From Eledone cirrhosa (taxonomy: Eukaryota): 64,000 bases of DNA. The stretch is from contig OZ024741.1 in the NCBI GenBank assembly GCA_964016885.1, positions 376,898,001 through 376,962,000 on the forward strand, given 5' to 3'. Each line of letters starts with the position of its first letter. The stretch's first letter is position 1. This document shows positions 26,610 to 39,989 of this stretch, one piece after another. The notes below the pieces were generated by a model that was given only the letters and a program-made list of their open reading frames with translations, did no database searches and was not told the DNA's origin. A program made the position numbers and the translations under genes.

Positions 26610-26728
26610 AAATCCGGCCGAGATTAACTTTGCCTTTCATCCTTACGTGGTCGATAAATTAAAGTACCAGTAATGTACTGGGTATTTGCTGGCCTTGTGC
26701 CTAAAATAGAAACAATTATTATTATTAG
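26610..26728 (+). mobile_element. SINE fragment
   Basis: aaatccggccgagattaactttgcctttcatcc..gtcgataaattaaagtaccagt..gctggccttgtgcc. Confidence 0.8.
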
Positions 26729-26729
26729 G

Positions 26730-28985
26730 AGGTGGATTTGCAGTGATTCCAAATCGACCAATTCTTCAACGCAAAGCACGATGGCTGCGTTGTCAGAGCG
26801 AGAGCGCCTGCTCTGAGACACAAGGGAACAAGTCGTCCACGAGTGGTGGAGGCGCGACGTAACAAAAACCCATAATTCAATTTTTGCCTGACCAAAACGG
26901 GCGCATGTTACTCGAACCCGAGCAGATGTGTGAGGGTTTTCACCAGCACTTTGCTCACATGTTTGAGAGTGGCGGCGGGCCGGATCGGAGTATGAACTTC
27001 AGTGCACAACTTGCGACAGCTCTCGACGACCGCAGCATAGTATTGAAAAAAGCCGATAACAGCAGGTGAAATACATGAAGCGATGTCTGACTGCACGAGG
27101 GGTATATCGCTAGGTTTGGAGGGTCTGCACTACGAGCTTTATGCGTACATGCCAGACTTGTTAGACGACCTCTTGGCAGATGTCTACTGCAACTGGCAGC
27201 AGAACGGGAGCATTCCCAGTTCTGTAAGCCGGGGAGTGGTAGCACTGTTAAGAAAAGACCTGAACAACAGGGACGTTATAGACAACTTCAGGCCCATAAA
27301 TCTGTTAAACGCAGATTTCAAGATTTTGTCTAAGATGTTAGTAAAGAGATTGGCACATGTCGTCGGTGATCTGGTGAGAGAGGGGCAAAGCTGCACCATT
27401 CCAGGCATCTCCACCCACAACAATCGCCACCTCATGCGATACATCATAGAGAGGCTGGTTAAGGAACCTGGCATGGGTGGGGCTATCATGAACTTGGATC
27501 GATCTAATGCATCTGATAGCGTCAACCACCGGTACATGGCCGCGGTCCTCGAGGCGGCAGGTTTAGGGCCCATTTTCAGGGGTTGCTTCGCTGCGATGCA
27601 CAGCGACGTCTGCTCAGTTGTGAGGGTGAATGGTTTTCTGTCACAACCGTTCAGCATCATGCGCTCGGTCCACCAGGGTTGTTCTCTATCGTCGTTCTTA
27701 TATGTATTGACCCTCGAGCCGATACTGCACAAATTGGAGGCAATGAGAGGCGTCCACGCGAACTGTGATGTAGGACATCCGTATCGGCTTACGCGGAGGA
27801 CGTCACCGTGATGGTGTCAAGCACCGGACACGTCCAGAGGCTCTGCAAGGTTCTCAAGGAAATGAAGCAGTAACAGGGGCAAAGTTAAACGAGGAAAAGT
27901 CTGTGGGCTTGCAGCTCGGCACCTGGAGAAGCAAGTCAAAGCCGTGGGACGCTGGATGGAAGGACCCGTTAAATTGCTCGGAGTATGGTTCGGTCCGGAC
28001 CTCCAGATGGAAAAAAACTGGAGCGAGGTGGTGAGCAGGGTGGCGAGCAGGGTGGCCTCTCCCTCCCAGAAATGGGCTCATCGCATCCGCCTCACCGTTA
28101 CCGCCTAACCGTTGTGCCCTGCCCGGAGCCAACTCTTATAAAAATGGAGCACCACCTCTTTCGCTTTTTATGGAAGGGACGAGCTCCCATGATCAGTCGA
28201 TCCATCTACTGTCAGCACCAGCTACCTTAAGGGCTTGGTATGCCGTGGCTGATGATGCGCAAACACGCGCTGAAGCTGCGACATCTTTAGTGCTTCCTTG
28301 ACGGTCAACAGGCGTGGTCGCCGTGTGCTAGACGTGTTTTTCCTCCAGCTCGTCTCATTAATGGAGCTGCAGTCCTGGATCAGTAAAAGACCGTGGGATA
28401 GAGCTTGGAAGCTGGAATGTCTCCAAATGCTCACATCATTCTACCAGCTGGGCACGTGTATCGGTAGAACATCCACCTCGGCGTTCTACAGAGGACTAGT
28501 GCAGCGAAGAGCGACATTTTCGGGGAGACGCTAGGCGTCGAAGACGATCAGCTGTACGCTCTCTTCAAGGAGAACTTTCAGCCCGGAGCCTATGGACAAC
28601 TTCCAGAAATCCCTGGCCTGGCCGTGCTACTGGGGAGCGTTGCCAATTCGAGATAAGCCCTACAGGGATGGAAGTGCCATCTGCCGAACATGTCCGAGAT
28701 GCGAGCACGGCGACGAAACCGTTGTGCACGCACTTGCTCAGTATCCGAGCATTGCTGACTGTGAAGCTATGTCGAATATTTGCTGCCACGTGTAGGACGT
28801 TTCCGCTTATCGACTGAGTCCATTGTGCAGATAGCCCCGCCGTCCTCTTTTAAGGAGGAGGAATGACAGGCAGTTTTCATATGCCTGGTGGTTATGGCGA
28901 AAGAGTTTTGTGGAGGACAAGGTTCAAAGCATTGAAGACGAACTCTTCTGTGAATCCCTGATTACATTCTTCAAATTTCAATGAC
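26730..28985 (+). mobile_element. Tx1/L1-clade LINE ORF2 (RT + C-terminal Cys motif), 5'-truncated and degenerate
   Basis: GLEGLHYELY; NFRPINLLNADFKILSK; QGCSLSSFLY; AYAEDVT; LLGVWFGP; CPRC..ETVVHAL. Confidence 0.92.
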
Positions 28986-29160
28986 TGTGCTTGTAAATAA
29001 CATTAACTTTTCTTCCACATTGACTTTTTACGTTCCACATTATGCACGTTTTTTTTTCCTTTTTCTTTTTTCTTTTCACTTCTTAAACCTTGATTGTATA
29101 TAACATTATTCTTTCTGCACCTTCTGTTTAACATGTGCGACACCACACTAATACATTTCA

Positions 29161-29202
29161 CTATCATTTGATAATGCATATAAATGCAGAAACCGGTAAT
29201 AG
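29161..29202 (+). ncRNA. Type I hammerhead motif, U3-A8 core variant
   Basis: ctatcat-TTGATAA-TGCAT-ataa-ATGCA-GAAA-CCGG-TA^-atag; stem I imperfect. Confidence 0.7.
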
Positions 29203-29393
29203 ACAATAATTAAATATATAAATAGATGAATAAATGCCATTGTTAAATATAAATAAATCAACTAATACCTTAACACTTCCCACAAAGTAAAACATTTCGT
29301 TTTAATAATTTTCTAACCCAGAAAAGAGAGAGAGAGACAAAAAAAGGAAAAAAAAAAGTTTTTTCTTCATAATAATCGTCTCTTTCTACCTGT

Positions 29394-29450
<57 letters not shown>

Positions 29451-29481
29451 AGAAAAACCACAGACCCTCCATCTCAACTCA

Positions 29482-29519
29482 CCTTTTGAAAAGCAGAAGA
29501 ACTGCGAAACCGGTAAAGG
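29482..29519 (+). ncRNA. Type I hammerhead motif, U3-A8 core variant
   Basis: CCTT-TTGAAAA-GCAG-aagaa-CTGC-GAAA-CCGG-TA^-AAGG, inside a ~210-bp island between (TA)n tracts. Confidence 0.82.
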
Positions 29520-29732
29520 AACCAAATAAATATATATATTTAAAAAAAAAATAAGACTCCAGTTGCATTTTCGATTTCATCTCTTTTTCTTTATACTTTC
29601 ACTCGTGTAGGACACCTCGGTTATTTTTCATTTTGTAAAAAAAACCTCACTTTCTAATATATATATATATATATATTTCGTTTCTGAATTTGTTTAGCAA
29701 GATTCTTTATCTGAAATCGAGTGTTGAAACCG

Positions 29733-31748
29733 ATATTGTTATACTTTGGGAGGGTCATATTGCCAATAAGAAACACACGCACCAGATGCTTTCACTTCAA
29801 TTTATTATAATAAATTCATAAATTTAGGAATTTATACATTTCTGGTTGGTTGGTTGGTTCCACAACCAGATAGTTGTTCATATATTGTCAAAGTTCGTTC
29901 GTCACACATTCTGTGACCTCTTCAGTGACTGGGGATATTTTTCTTTGTTTTTGTGCCTCTCCTTTGTTCTGTCCTACGCCATTTTGTTTATGTGCGTGTG
30001 TTGTGTGCTCAGTCTGCGCATGCGCCACATCCGGGTGTCTGTGTGTGTTTATATCTGTTTATTTATTTGTTTATTTACATGTTACCGGTTGGTTGTTTGT
30101 TCTATGTGTGTCTGTGTTTTCATTTTGTCCTTAATTGTAAGTTGTGATGTTGCTGTTCCACTCATATTTTCTATTTAATTTTGGTTGTAATTCTTTTATG
30201 TTTATTGCCTCTGTGATTTGTCTAAACATTGGGTCTTTTCTGTGTGTAGATTCTATTTTTATTTCTATGTTCTCTAATTTACCCTTATGTTCTATTTTAG
30301 CATGTTGGTAGAGTACAGATGATTATTTACTATCTTGAAGGTCTCGCCAGTGTTCATTTATCCGTTCCCCTACACTACGAGCTGTCTCACCTATGTACAC
30401 TATATTTTTGTCTCTACAGTACATCTTATGCTATACACTACATTTCTAGTTTTACAGTTAATATGGGGGCTTATTTTACAGGTTATACATTTCTTATCTA
30501 TACAGAGGGTCTTTGGAAAGGGTATGTCTTGCTAATAAGGGTGATGAGAAACGTGTCCCGCATGTGCAACCCCGAAGAACTAGAGAGACATATACAACAC
30601 TTCATCCACCGCATGCAGTTCTCTGGTTACAATCAGAGAGATAGAACCAGAGTGTATAGAGGAGCCAGAACCAAATGGGAAAAAATGGTAAATAATGACA
30701 CAAATGGGACCTGCCCCTTGTATAGGAGCAAATTTTGGGATAGAATAGAAAGAACTAAGAATAAGGCTAATAGAATAAACTCATGGTATGATAGCAATAA
30801 ATACCAGAGTGTAATGTTCATCGATACAACCCCTAGAAGTGAATTAGCTTACACATTTATAAGGGCCCTAGATAAACATAAACTCAATATTAAGATAGTA
30901 GAAAGACGAGGTATCTCCGTAAAAAACACTTATTAGCAAGACATACCCTTTCCAAAGACCCCCCTGTATAGATAAGAAATGTATAACCTGTAAAATAAGT
31001 CCCCATATTAACTGTGAAACTAGAAATATAGTGTATAGCATAAGATGTACTGAAGGACAATGTAGAGACAAAAATATAGTGTACATAGGTGAGACAGCTC
31101 GTAGTGTAGGGGAACGGATAAATGAACACTGGCGAGACCTTCAAGATAGTACAGAATCATCTGTACTCGACCAACATGCTAAAATAGAACATAAGGGTAA
31201 ATTAGAGGACATAGAAATAAAAATAGAATCTACACACAGAAAAGACGCAATGTTTAGACAAATCATAAAAGAATTACAAAACATAAAATAATTACAACCA
31301 AAATTAAATAGAAAATATGAGTGGAACAGCAACATCACAACTTACAATTAAAGACAAAATGAAAACACACACACACATAGAACAAACAACCAACCGGTAA
31401 CATGTAAATAAACAAATAAATAAACAAATATAAACACACACAGACACCCGGATGTGGCGCATGCGCAGACTGAGCACACAACACACACACAGAAACAAAA
31501 TGGCGTAGGGCAGAACAATGGAGAGGCACAAAAACAAAGAAAAGAATCCCCAGTCACTGAAGAGGTCACAGAATGTGTGATGAAAGAACTTTGCAATATA
31601 TAAACAACTATCTGGTTGTGGAACCAACCAACCAACCAGAAATTTATAAATTCCTAAATTTATAAATTTATTATAATAAATTGAAGTGAAAGCAACTGGT
31701 GCGTGTGTTTCTTATTGGCAACATGACCCTCCCAAAGTATAACAATAT
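29733..31748 (+). mobile_element. 5'-truncated PLE (Neptune-like GIY-YIG) with ~800-bp inverted pseudo-LTR
   Basis: Arms 29733-30539 and 30929-31748 are reverse complements; RMQFSGY..CPLYRSK..SVMFIDTTP.SEL..IKIVERRG; C..C..C..NCETRNIVYSIRC..YIGETARSVGERINEH; ends in (TA)n. Confidence 0.92.
31553..31595 (+). ncRNA. Hammerhead motif in pLTR (mirror copy 29887-29929 on minus)
   Basis: Consensus of the two arms: GTCA-CTGAAGA-g-GTCACA-gaatg-TGTGAY-GAAA-GAAC-TT^-TGAC; each arm carries different lesions. Confidence 0.7.
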
Positions 31749-33254
31749 ATATATATGTATATATACTTATATGGTTCTCTATATAAGCATGTGTGTTTAA
31801 CATTAGCACATGCCTCGAAATGAATCCAATGTTGCAAAGGATATGATTTTGGATATGCATTGATGTATAACACTGTTCATCATATTCCCTAGTCTGTAGA
31901 TATCAAGTGTTTGTTAGCTGAGAGAAAAATGATTCATTTCTGTTGCATTGTCATGTTTAATGATATATTAAACCTGTACACGGAAATAATTCACAATGAA
32001 GAATTTCCATTCATCATACATGGACAGACGTAGGAAATATAAGTAGATGTAAATGATGATGAAAATATTTAGCAATACAAAAAGCAAAGCAGAGTGAAAT
32101 TGCTGATAGATATTTAATAACATTTGATTCCTGCAACATTATACTCAAATAATTTAACAGAAATCATTACTCTCTTTATGAAACCTATATGTAGACTTAT
32201 AAGCGTTCGTATCATTGCTGCCAAAATGTTATCGCATCTTCCAAAAACTCACATACTGAACTGCTAGTTTTCATATAAATCTTTGTTTCCCAAAGATTCA
32301 CAATCGAAAACAAATTCATAAATTGTGCAGTGACCATGATGGCCGGTCTGGAAAGAGTTGTTTTATTTTATTTTCTAGTTTCCTTCCTTTCGACTATAGT
32401 GTTTAAATATAGCTTGCAAAAATAGCCGATTTTTATAAACTTTTATCGAGATATTGGCAAACGTTCTGGACGTATATAATGTGTAAAATCAGTATGTAAA
32501 AATAATTAGATTTAGAGACAAAACAACGAAAAGAATATGAACTGCTAGCTCCTCGGTAATTTGCTTTTTTTTTTATTTTTAACACAGACACAAACCTAGA
32601 GCTCAAAATCATTCTTTGACTGACCATTTTCCTGTCATGCATGTGACTGACCATTTTCCTGTCATGTATGCAAGAATTGTTAGTGAGTATAAAGTGTTTA
32701 ATTGTGCGATATATGTTACTGTATATGATTGGTTATACGAGGTTTGCCTTTTTGTATGTAATCACAAATGTTCATCATAATCAAACACTATCATGAGCAC
32801 CATAAGTCGCAATATTTCGCTTAATTATTTGATCGGGATATTTTTTTCTATTGAACTATTGGTATTCACAAGAGGACTAGAACTTAATTTTGTAAACTAA
32901 ACGTTATTTAATACATTTACAGTGTGGCCACCATTACGAATGGCGAATAAGGTCTCACCTGCGGTATCTATTTACGTCAACAGTTTTAAAAATACCCTAA
33001 TAAAATACCTAAATAAAAACAGGTTTTCATACATTTATCGATATTTTGTATCGAAACTACTATAATTTTATAATAGTCAATTTCTATAAAATCAAAACAC
33101 GTTTTAAATCATGGTCAAATACGGATCAAATACGGATTGCCCCAAATTAAATTAATATTAAAATGATGCGTGTTGTTTAAAACTAGTTTTAAATCCTCGA
33201 CATTCCATTCTTCATTGGAGGACGAAAAATGAAACTAACATCAATTATTAGCTT

Positions 33255-33690
33255 AACTTGGACCCCGTACTGCCGGAGATCTTCAGCAACATCGGAGCGT
33301 CGGCGGCCCGTCTGAGGAGGGATCTCTATGAGGTTGGGTGGCTGTTGCAGCGGGTGTTACTGGACATCGCCCGAGGGAATACTGTTGTCGTCTCCTCAGT
33401 GGGGCACAGCACTTCTACCCTCTTGCACTAGGCCCAAAGAAACCCCCCCCCCCCTCATTCACCCCTAATCTCTATTCTGCAACACCAAAGCTCTTGCCAT
33501 CCCCTACCCTTCCCGCTCTTTTTCTACTTTCTTTCTTTCTTTTTTTGTTTTCTATAATTCCCTATTCTTTCTTTCCTTTGTTTCCCCTTATTTATTTTTT
33601 CTTACTGAATTTTATTTTTAAAATAAACATCTATGTATACTTTTATATTTTCAATAAGATACTGTCACTCAAATGTTAAAAAAAAAAAAT
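33255..33690 (+). mobile_element. CRE-clade non-LTR retrotransposon 3' end with poly(A)
   Basis: Translates IFSNIGASAARLRRDLYEVGWLLQRVLLDIARGN..*, resembling the CRE C-terminal LFQRISIAIQRGNA motif; pyrimidine-rich UTR and an A-tail. Confidence 0.7.
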
Positions 33691-34604
33691 TTGAATTAAA
33701 ATCTAGAGGCTACTTAAATTATTTGGGGTTGGAAAGTTTTACCTTCTTTATAAGCAAAGACTGGCGACCGTTTGAGAAACCTTTCCACATATAACCTGTG
33801 CTGCAAATAATTGGTGCTCAATATAACTTGCATAATTAAAGGTAACAAAATGATAATATATATAATTCCAGCAATATAATGATTCTCATTTTGAAAGCTC
33901 GCTTCCATATTCACATATAAATTTCGTCTGTAAAATATTTTACTTATTTCCTCGCTGTCAATCATATATTAATCATGCTGGTCAATAAATTATTCACCGT
34001 CGTTGCCATGTTTAAATGTTAATCTACAGACGAGCCCTAATATAACGAAGCATACACACATGTTGCCTATGACAGCAGAGAAAAGATTAGCAACTGGCCA
34101 CCAAAGCATGTAAATTATCTAGGAATTTTAATTCTTATATTTTTGAAATTATCTAAACTTTTCCTTGACTATCGCTAGCATAGTTGTTATGGTGTATGTT
34201 GTTTGCTTGACCATGACGATAATTTCAATTAATTTATCTGCTCAATAGAACATTCAATACATCACACTTAATTAACATTTGATTTCATGCTATTGTCCAA
34301 TATCAATCATTTCCAGTTAGGTCTTTATCTATTGATATTTGTAAATTGATATTTCGTGTTGAGAATGAGGATGATGTAAATAGATTATATATTGTTAACG
34401 GTAGAGCAGAACCGATACAGGCGTTTTACCTACGAATTTCATTTTCAGATAAAAAATATTATTTAAAGAGAAAAGAATATATTATTAATAGTGCGTCTCA
34501 TCAGCAATATAGTGCTTATAAATTTACTGGTCTGTAGCGAACAGAAATAGAACCGTATTTTTTTTTTACGAGGACTAATAATTATGGTATGACAATTTTG
34601 TAAG

Positions 34605-36080
34605 CAGCGTCGGCTTATGCCGGCAACTTGACGGTAATGGTGTCGAACACCTCGGAAATTGGGGCGATCGGCAACTTACTGCAGGAATACGAAAGGCTCA
34701 CAGGAGCAAAACTGAACCCGGACAAATCGGAACGTGGGAAGGCAAACCGACGCCGCGTGACAGCGTCGTCGGACGCTGGACGGAAGGACCGGTGAAATTG
34801 CTTGGGGTCTGATTCGGTCCGGACCTCCAGATGGAGATAAACGGGAACGAGGTCACGGCCGAGGTATTTGCGCTCACCCAGAATTGGGCAGTGTGCACAC
34901 TATCATTGAAAGGTCGAGCGGAGGTGGCGAACACTTTCATAACGTCCGTCATCGACTACCGCTTGACCGTCGTGCCTTGTCTCCATGACTACCTCACCGA
35001 GATGGAACGCATGCTCTTCCAGTTCCTTTGGAAGAAGCAGGCTCCACTGATGAGGAGATCCATCTGCTATCAGCACCTTCCAACGGAGGGCTGGGAATGC
35101 CGTGGCTGATGATGCGCAAACATGCACTGGGGTTACGGCATCTCTAGGTATTCCTCATCGAGCAACCGGTGTGGGCACCGTTTGTGAGACAAGCCTTCCC
35201 GCAACTTATATCGCTTGACGGAGCTGCAGTCCTGGGTCAAGTGGAGACCGAAGAAAATGGGCGCATGGCACATTGAATGCGTTCAGGTGCTCACATTCCT
35301 CTGTCAACTGGGCACAGTAATCAGTGGAGCAACCACTTCAATATTTTATAGAGGGGTAATACGTTACAAATTCGAGACGTGCTCGGAGAAACTCTGGGCG
35401 TCAAAGACGACGAGTTGACCAGTCTGTTCGCGCCCGGGACCTATGGACAACATTCAAAGTTCCCTGGCCTGGCAATGCTACCGAGGAGCTCTACCAGTTC
35501 GAGACAAGATCTACAGGCACGGAAACCCCGACAGGGATCCTTCCAACAGGACGTGTCCAAGATGCGAGCAAGACATTGAAATCGCCCTGCACGCATTTGT
35601 ACACTGCCTGGGCGTAACCGACCTGTTAACTACGCAGAACAACTGCTGTCGCATATGGGACAAATCCAGTTAACTGCCGAGTCCACAGAAAGGATCAAAC
35701 CGTCAACTTCTTTCGAAAACGAAAAAGGGGCGATTTTCCTCTGTATAGTGGCTATGGTAAAAGAGGTTATATGGTGGACGAGATTGGGAGGGCTGAGGAC
35801 AGATGCCTTTCTCTCCGGACAACAACTCATTCCCTGCTTTATGTACAACTTTAGAAAGAGAATCAGCGTGAAGAGAGAGGCACTGCACCCCAGTAAATTT
35901 ACTGAAAGGTGGGTGAATGTAGCAAAAATGGTCCGAGTGATTGGACCTTCTCTGTATATAAACGTTTAGGTTGAAGAAGAGAGCCAAAGGAAGAAAGGAG
36001 CACTTGCACAACATGCTCCTGGAGTTGAGGGTTGTTCTATCTAAGAGGTATTAATCAACCCATTTGTAACGCCACCCCCT
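34605..36080 (+). mobile_element. Tx1/L1-clade LINE fragment
   Basis: Homologous to 27780-28980: KGRAEVANTFI..YRLTVVPC; SLAWQCYRGALPVRDK..CPRCEQDIEIALHAFVHC. Confidence 0.9.
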
Positions 36081-36199
36081 AAAGGTGGATTTCGATTGTT
36101 GAATTTGTTTGTTTAAAAAATATTTTTACACGATTGTATGTAAAATACACGGCATATATCTTTGTATCGTCACCTTTCCTATGCGCGCTTGTGGCCAAT

Positions 36200-36300
<101 letters not shown>

Positions 36301-37104
36301 ACAGTTATCAAATCTAATGTTTGCTAACATACGCTGAAAACAAGATGGATATATTTCCTCAAATTAAAACATATATGTGTAAATATATGCTCCATCTTCT
36401 CTCAAAATGTTATCTTGAAATCTATGCCAGATATAGATAAAAACAAACAAGGTTAACATTCTCCTCAATATAGTGTGATTAATGGAATGAAAGTATCAAA
36501 TAATGTAGAACGTTAACATGGTTTCACACTATATTTGGCCTTTGAAATACTAAGAATCATGTGTATAGCGTACACGTAGAAATTCAAATAACCCTACACA
36601 GTAACAAGTACCATTTAAACAATTTACAAAGTAGCTTAACCTTTTATTTTTAAAGTTCTGATAGTATTGCGGACGATAGCAATAAGGCTGTACACAGTTT
36701 TAAATTTCATACGAATAAATAGCTGGTGCAATCGAAAGTGAATTTCTGAATATATACAGTGCAAAACTTAAATTTTATAGAATTTATATGTATAGTCACT
36801 AATTTCAAGCAAGCTCAAAATAATTCCTTTTAGACGTAATTAGTATATATACGGCAAAGTAGTAGACGAGAATATAATCAACATTCCCTTTTTTATCACA
36901 AAACATGAAGGTTGTAATTTCGATTCTTCTTATGTAATACTTTAGCAAATGCAAATTGTTATACGATAAGCATTTTCCCATCAACGTTCACATGTTCTTT
37001 CCACGTTAACCGCAATTGTATAACCTTTTATGTAAAGTAATTTGTTACTCTAAAATCGTTAGTCCAGTTTCGATGGATATGAAAATAGTTTCTTATTTAG
37101 TTAA

Positions 37105-38507
37105 TTATATAAGATCAGAATTGAATGCAAGGAATAGGATCGATGCCATAAAAGCGCTTGCCGTACCAGTAGTAACCTAGAGTTTCAATGTCATCAACTG
37201 GTCAAGCACAGAGATCCGTAGGCTCGATAAAAATATTAGAAAATTCTTAACCATGGACAGAATGCATCACCCTAAGGCAGGAAAGAAGGAGAACGTGGTT
37301 TGATCCAGTTAGATATTGCGTTGAAGACTGCAACGATTATATACATATCTAAGCGAATCACATGATCGGATGATCAAACTCGTTTTGAAACACGAAAGCA
37401 TCAAAAGATCATATTCCATTACAAAAGACGCACAAAGATACAGTAATGGTCTACAACTTTCAGAAGTTCCATTTACTGCTGAAATGAAAAATACAGAAAA
37501 ATCAAAGCAGGTAAAAGTCACTGCAAAGAAAGAACTGCTACAGAAACTGGCTAAGAAATGGCAAGAAAAGCCTCTGTATGGAAAATACCCAGAAAGAGCT
37601 AACAATCCTGATGTTGACAAAACTTTAACCCATCAGTGGTTGGCATCCTCAGGACTGAGATCGGAGACTGAAGGACTAATTATATCAGCACAAGATCAGT
37701 GCTTGCCAACAAAAATTTACCAAGCCAACATAATAAAAAATGGATGCAACCCATTATGCCGTGTATGTAAAAACAACCAGAGACCTTTGATCATATAATT
37801 TCAATGAGCAGTCATATAGCTCCAACCGAATACCTAAACAGGCACGACATAGTTTAACAGGCACGACAGAGTTGAACAGGCACGACAGAGTTGAACAGGC
37901 ACGACAGAGTTGAACAATACATACATTGGATAATGTGTAAGCATTTTGACCTGCCCCATCAAAAGAATTGGTGAGAGCATCAACCACCTCCCGTACTTGA
38001 AAAAAGATCACATCTCAATCTTGTGGAACTTTAGCAACCAAACAGACCGAATAGACCTGATTTAATACTGAAGGACTTTAAAAAGAGGGTATACTTGCTA
38101 ATTGATATGTCCGTTCCAATAGACAAGAATGTATCTATAAAAACATTTGAAAAATTGAGCAAGTATAAGGACCTGGAGATAGAATTGGAAAAATGTGGAA
38201 ATTGAGAACTAAAACAATACCATTGGTTGTAGGCCCTCTAGGAATGATACCTAAGGCGTCTAATGATTACTTGTCGCAAATCCCAGGAAGAAATACAGAA
38301 GATAGCACTAATGGGAACTGCCCATATATTAAGGAAGATTCTGTCAATATAAGTACATCACAAGTCTAAACAGCTAAAGATGCATGTGTGTGTATGTATG
38401 TTCTTCTTGAACATGTCTGACCTTGTTGTCTCCTGAGATCACTGGTTGTGACGACTTGGTGATAACTCGTATGAACATAAAGCAAGATAAATGCAACTGT
38501 AATGATG

Positions 38508-38567
<60 letters not shown>
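37105..38567 (+). mobile_element. R4/Dong-clade RLE LINE, 5'-truncated, (TAA)n tail
   Basis: WQEKPLYGKYP..LRSETEGLIISAQDQCL..CRVC; NRPDL..LLIDMSVP..K.SKYKDL..IQKIALMGTAHILRKIL; (TAA)n at 38500-38567. Confidence 0.9.
37838..37916. repeat. 19-bp tandem repeat x4 inside the LINE
   Basis: aacaggcacgacagagttg repeated. Confidence 0.9.
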
Positions 38568-38896
38568 GGAAAGAAGACGCATATGGTGGATAGAAGGTCG
38601 TGAAATCGCTCCCGTAAGTTTTGGATTTGTTGACATATTTAAATCAATTGTGAAATAACAATTCTTAGTACAAATGATACATACAATATCCGGCTTGAGT
38701 CCCAAAAAATTTCGGATCCATAATATATTGTTATATCGCTCAAATATTCAATTTCACCAACATCAGAAACTAGATACACCACCTACCCCATCACCCCTCT
38801 GTGTACACGAAACACAACAGCCAGATAACGGCAATTTCACCACCACCACCACCACCTCCAATCTCAGCATAATAATAATAATTACTATTATTATTG

Positions 38897-39775
38897 CCTC
38901 AAGTTTTAGTTTTAACAAAATGTTTAATTCCAATATTAAGAAAATATGTCAAAACATATACGCGTCTAACGATAATTTCACTAAAGATAATTTCACCGCC
39001 AACACCACCACCACTACCACGATGAAAACTCTGGTCAAGTCGACTCAAATTTCTACTCCAACTTCAACACCATCACTACAGTAATACGACCACATCAGCA
39101 CCACCACTGCCTCATTATCGCTACCGCCGCTATTCTCGCCCACTTCCTCCGGCTAGTTGCTGCTAGCACAGCATCGCCACCACCACCACCACCACCACCA
39201 CTGCTTCATTATCACTACTGCCGCTATTCTCTCCCGCTGCCCCCTGCTACATTGTAGAATTCCCACTAAAAGAGAAAGGCATCAACATATATAAATAGAC
39301 TGAATTGATGACCCGGTCAAAATAAAAAAAAACAAAAATAAAAATCAAGTTTTAGTTTTAACAAAATGTTTAATTCCAATATTAAGGAAATATGTCAAAA
39401 CATATACGCAACTAACGATAATTTCACTAAAGATAATTTCACCACCAACATCACCACCACTACCACGATGAAAACTCTGGTTAAGTCGACTCAACCGCTA
39501 TTCCTACTCCAACTTCAACACCATCACTACAGTAATACGATCACATCACCACCACCACTGCCTAATAGTGATTTATCGCTTCCGCCGCTATGCTCTGCCA
39601 CTACCTCCTGCTAGTTGCTGCTAGCACAGCACCGCCACCACCACCACTGCCTCATTACCACTACCGCCGCTAATCTCCCCCGCTGCCCCCTGCTACATTG
39701 TATAATTCCCACTAAAAGAGAAAGGCATCAAAATATATAAATAAACTGAATTGATGACCCGGCCAAATCAAAAAA
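38897..39775. repeat. ~450-bp tandem duplication rich in (ACC)n
   Basis: tcaagttttagttttaacaaaatg..gaattgatgacccgg occurs at ~38899-39320 and ~39345-39765. Confidence 0.9.
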
Positions 39776-39989
39776 ACAAAAATCAAAATCAAAGCAGCAC
39801 AGCAACAACGAAAAACGTAAAGAAAATAAGAATGAAGAGAAAAACAAACAGACGGACAGAGAAGGGAAGGGAAAAACTAAGTCAGACATTCAGATACTAC
39901 ATTACAATGAAACTTATGCTTATTCATTTTTGGGTTTTTTTCTTACTGTTTGTTTGTTTATTTGTGTTCGTCTACAGCGTGATAATGCC

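Noticed and set aside
37838-37916. Short direct repeats resembling a CRISPR array (also 21628-21683 and 24489-24615)
   Set aside because: No spacers and no cas genes; these are tandem duplications in eukaryotic DNA.
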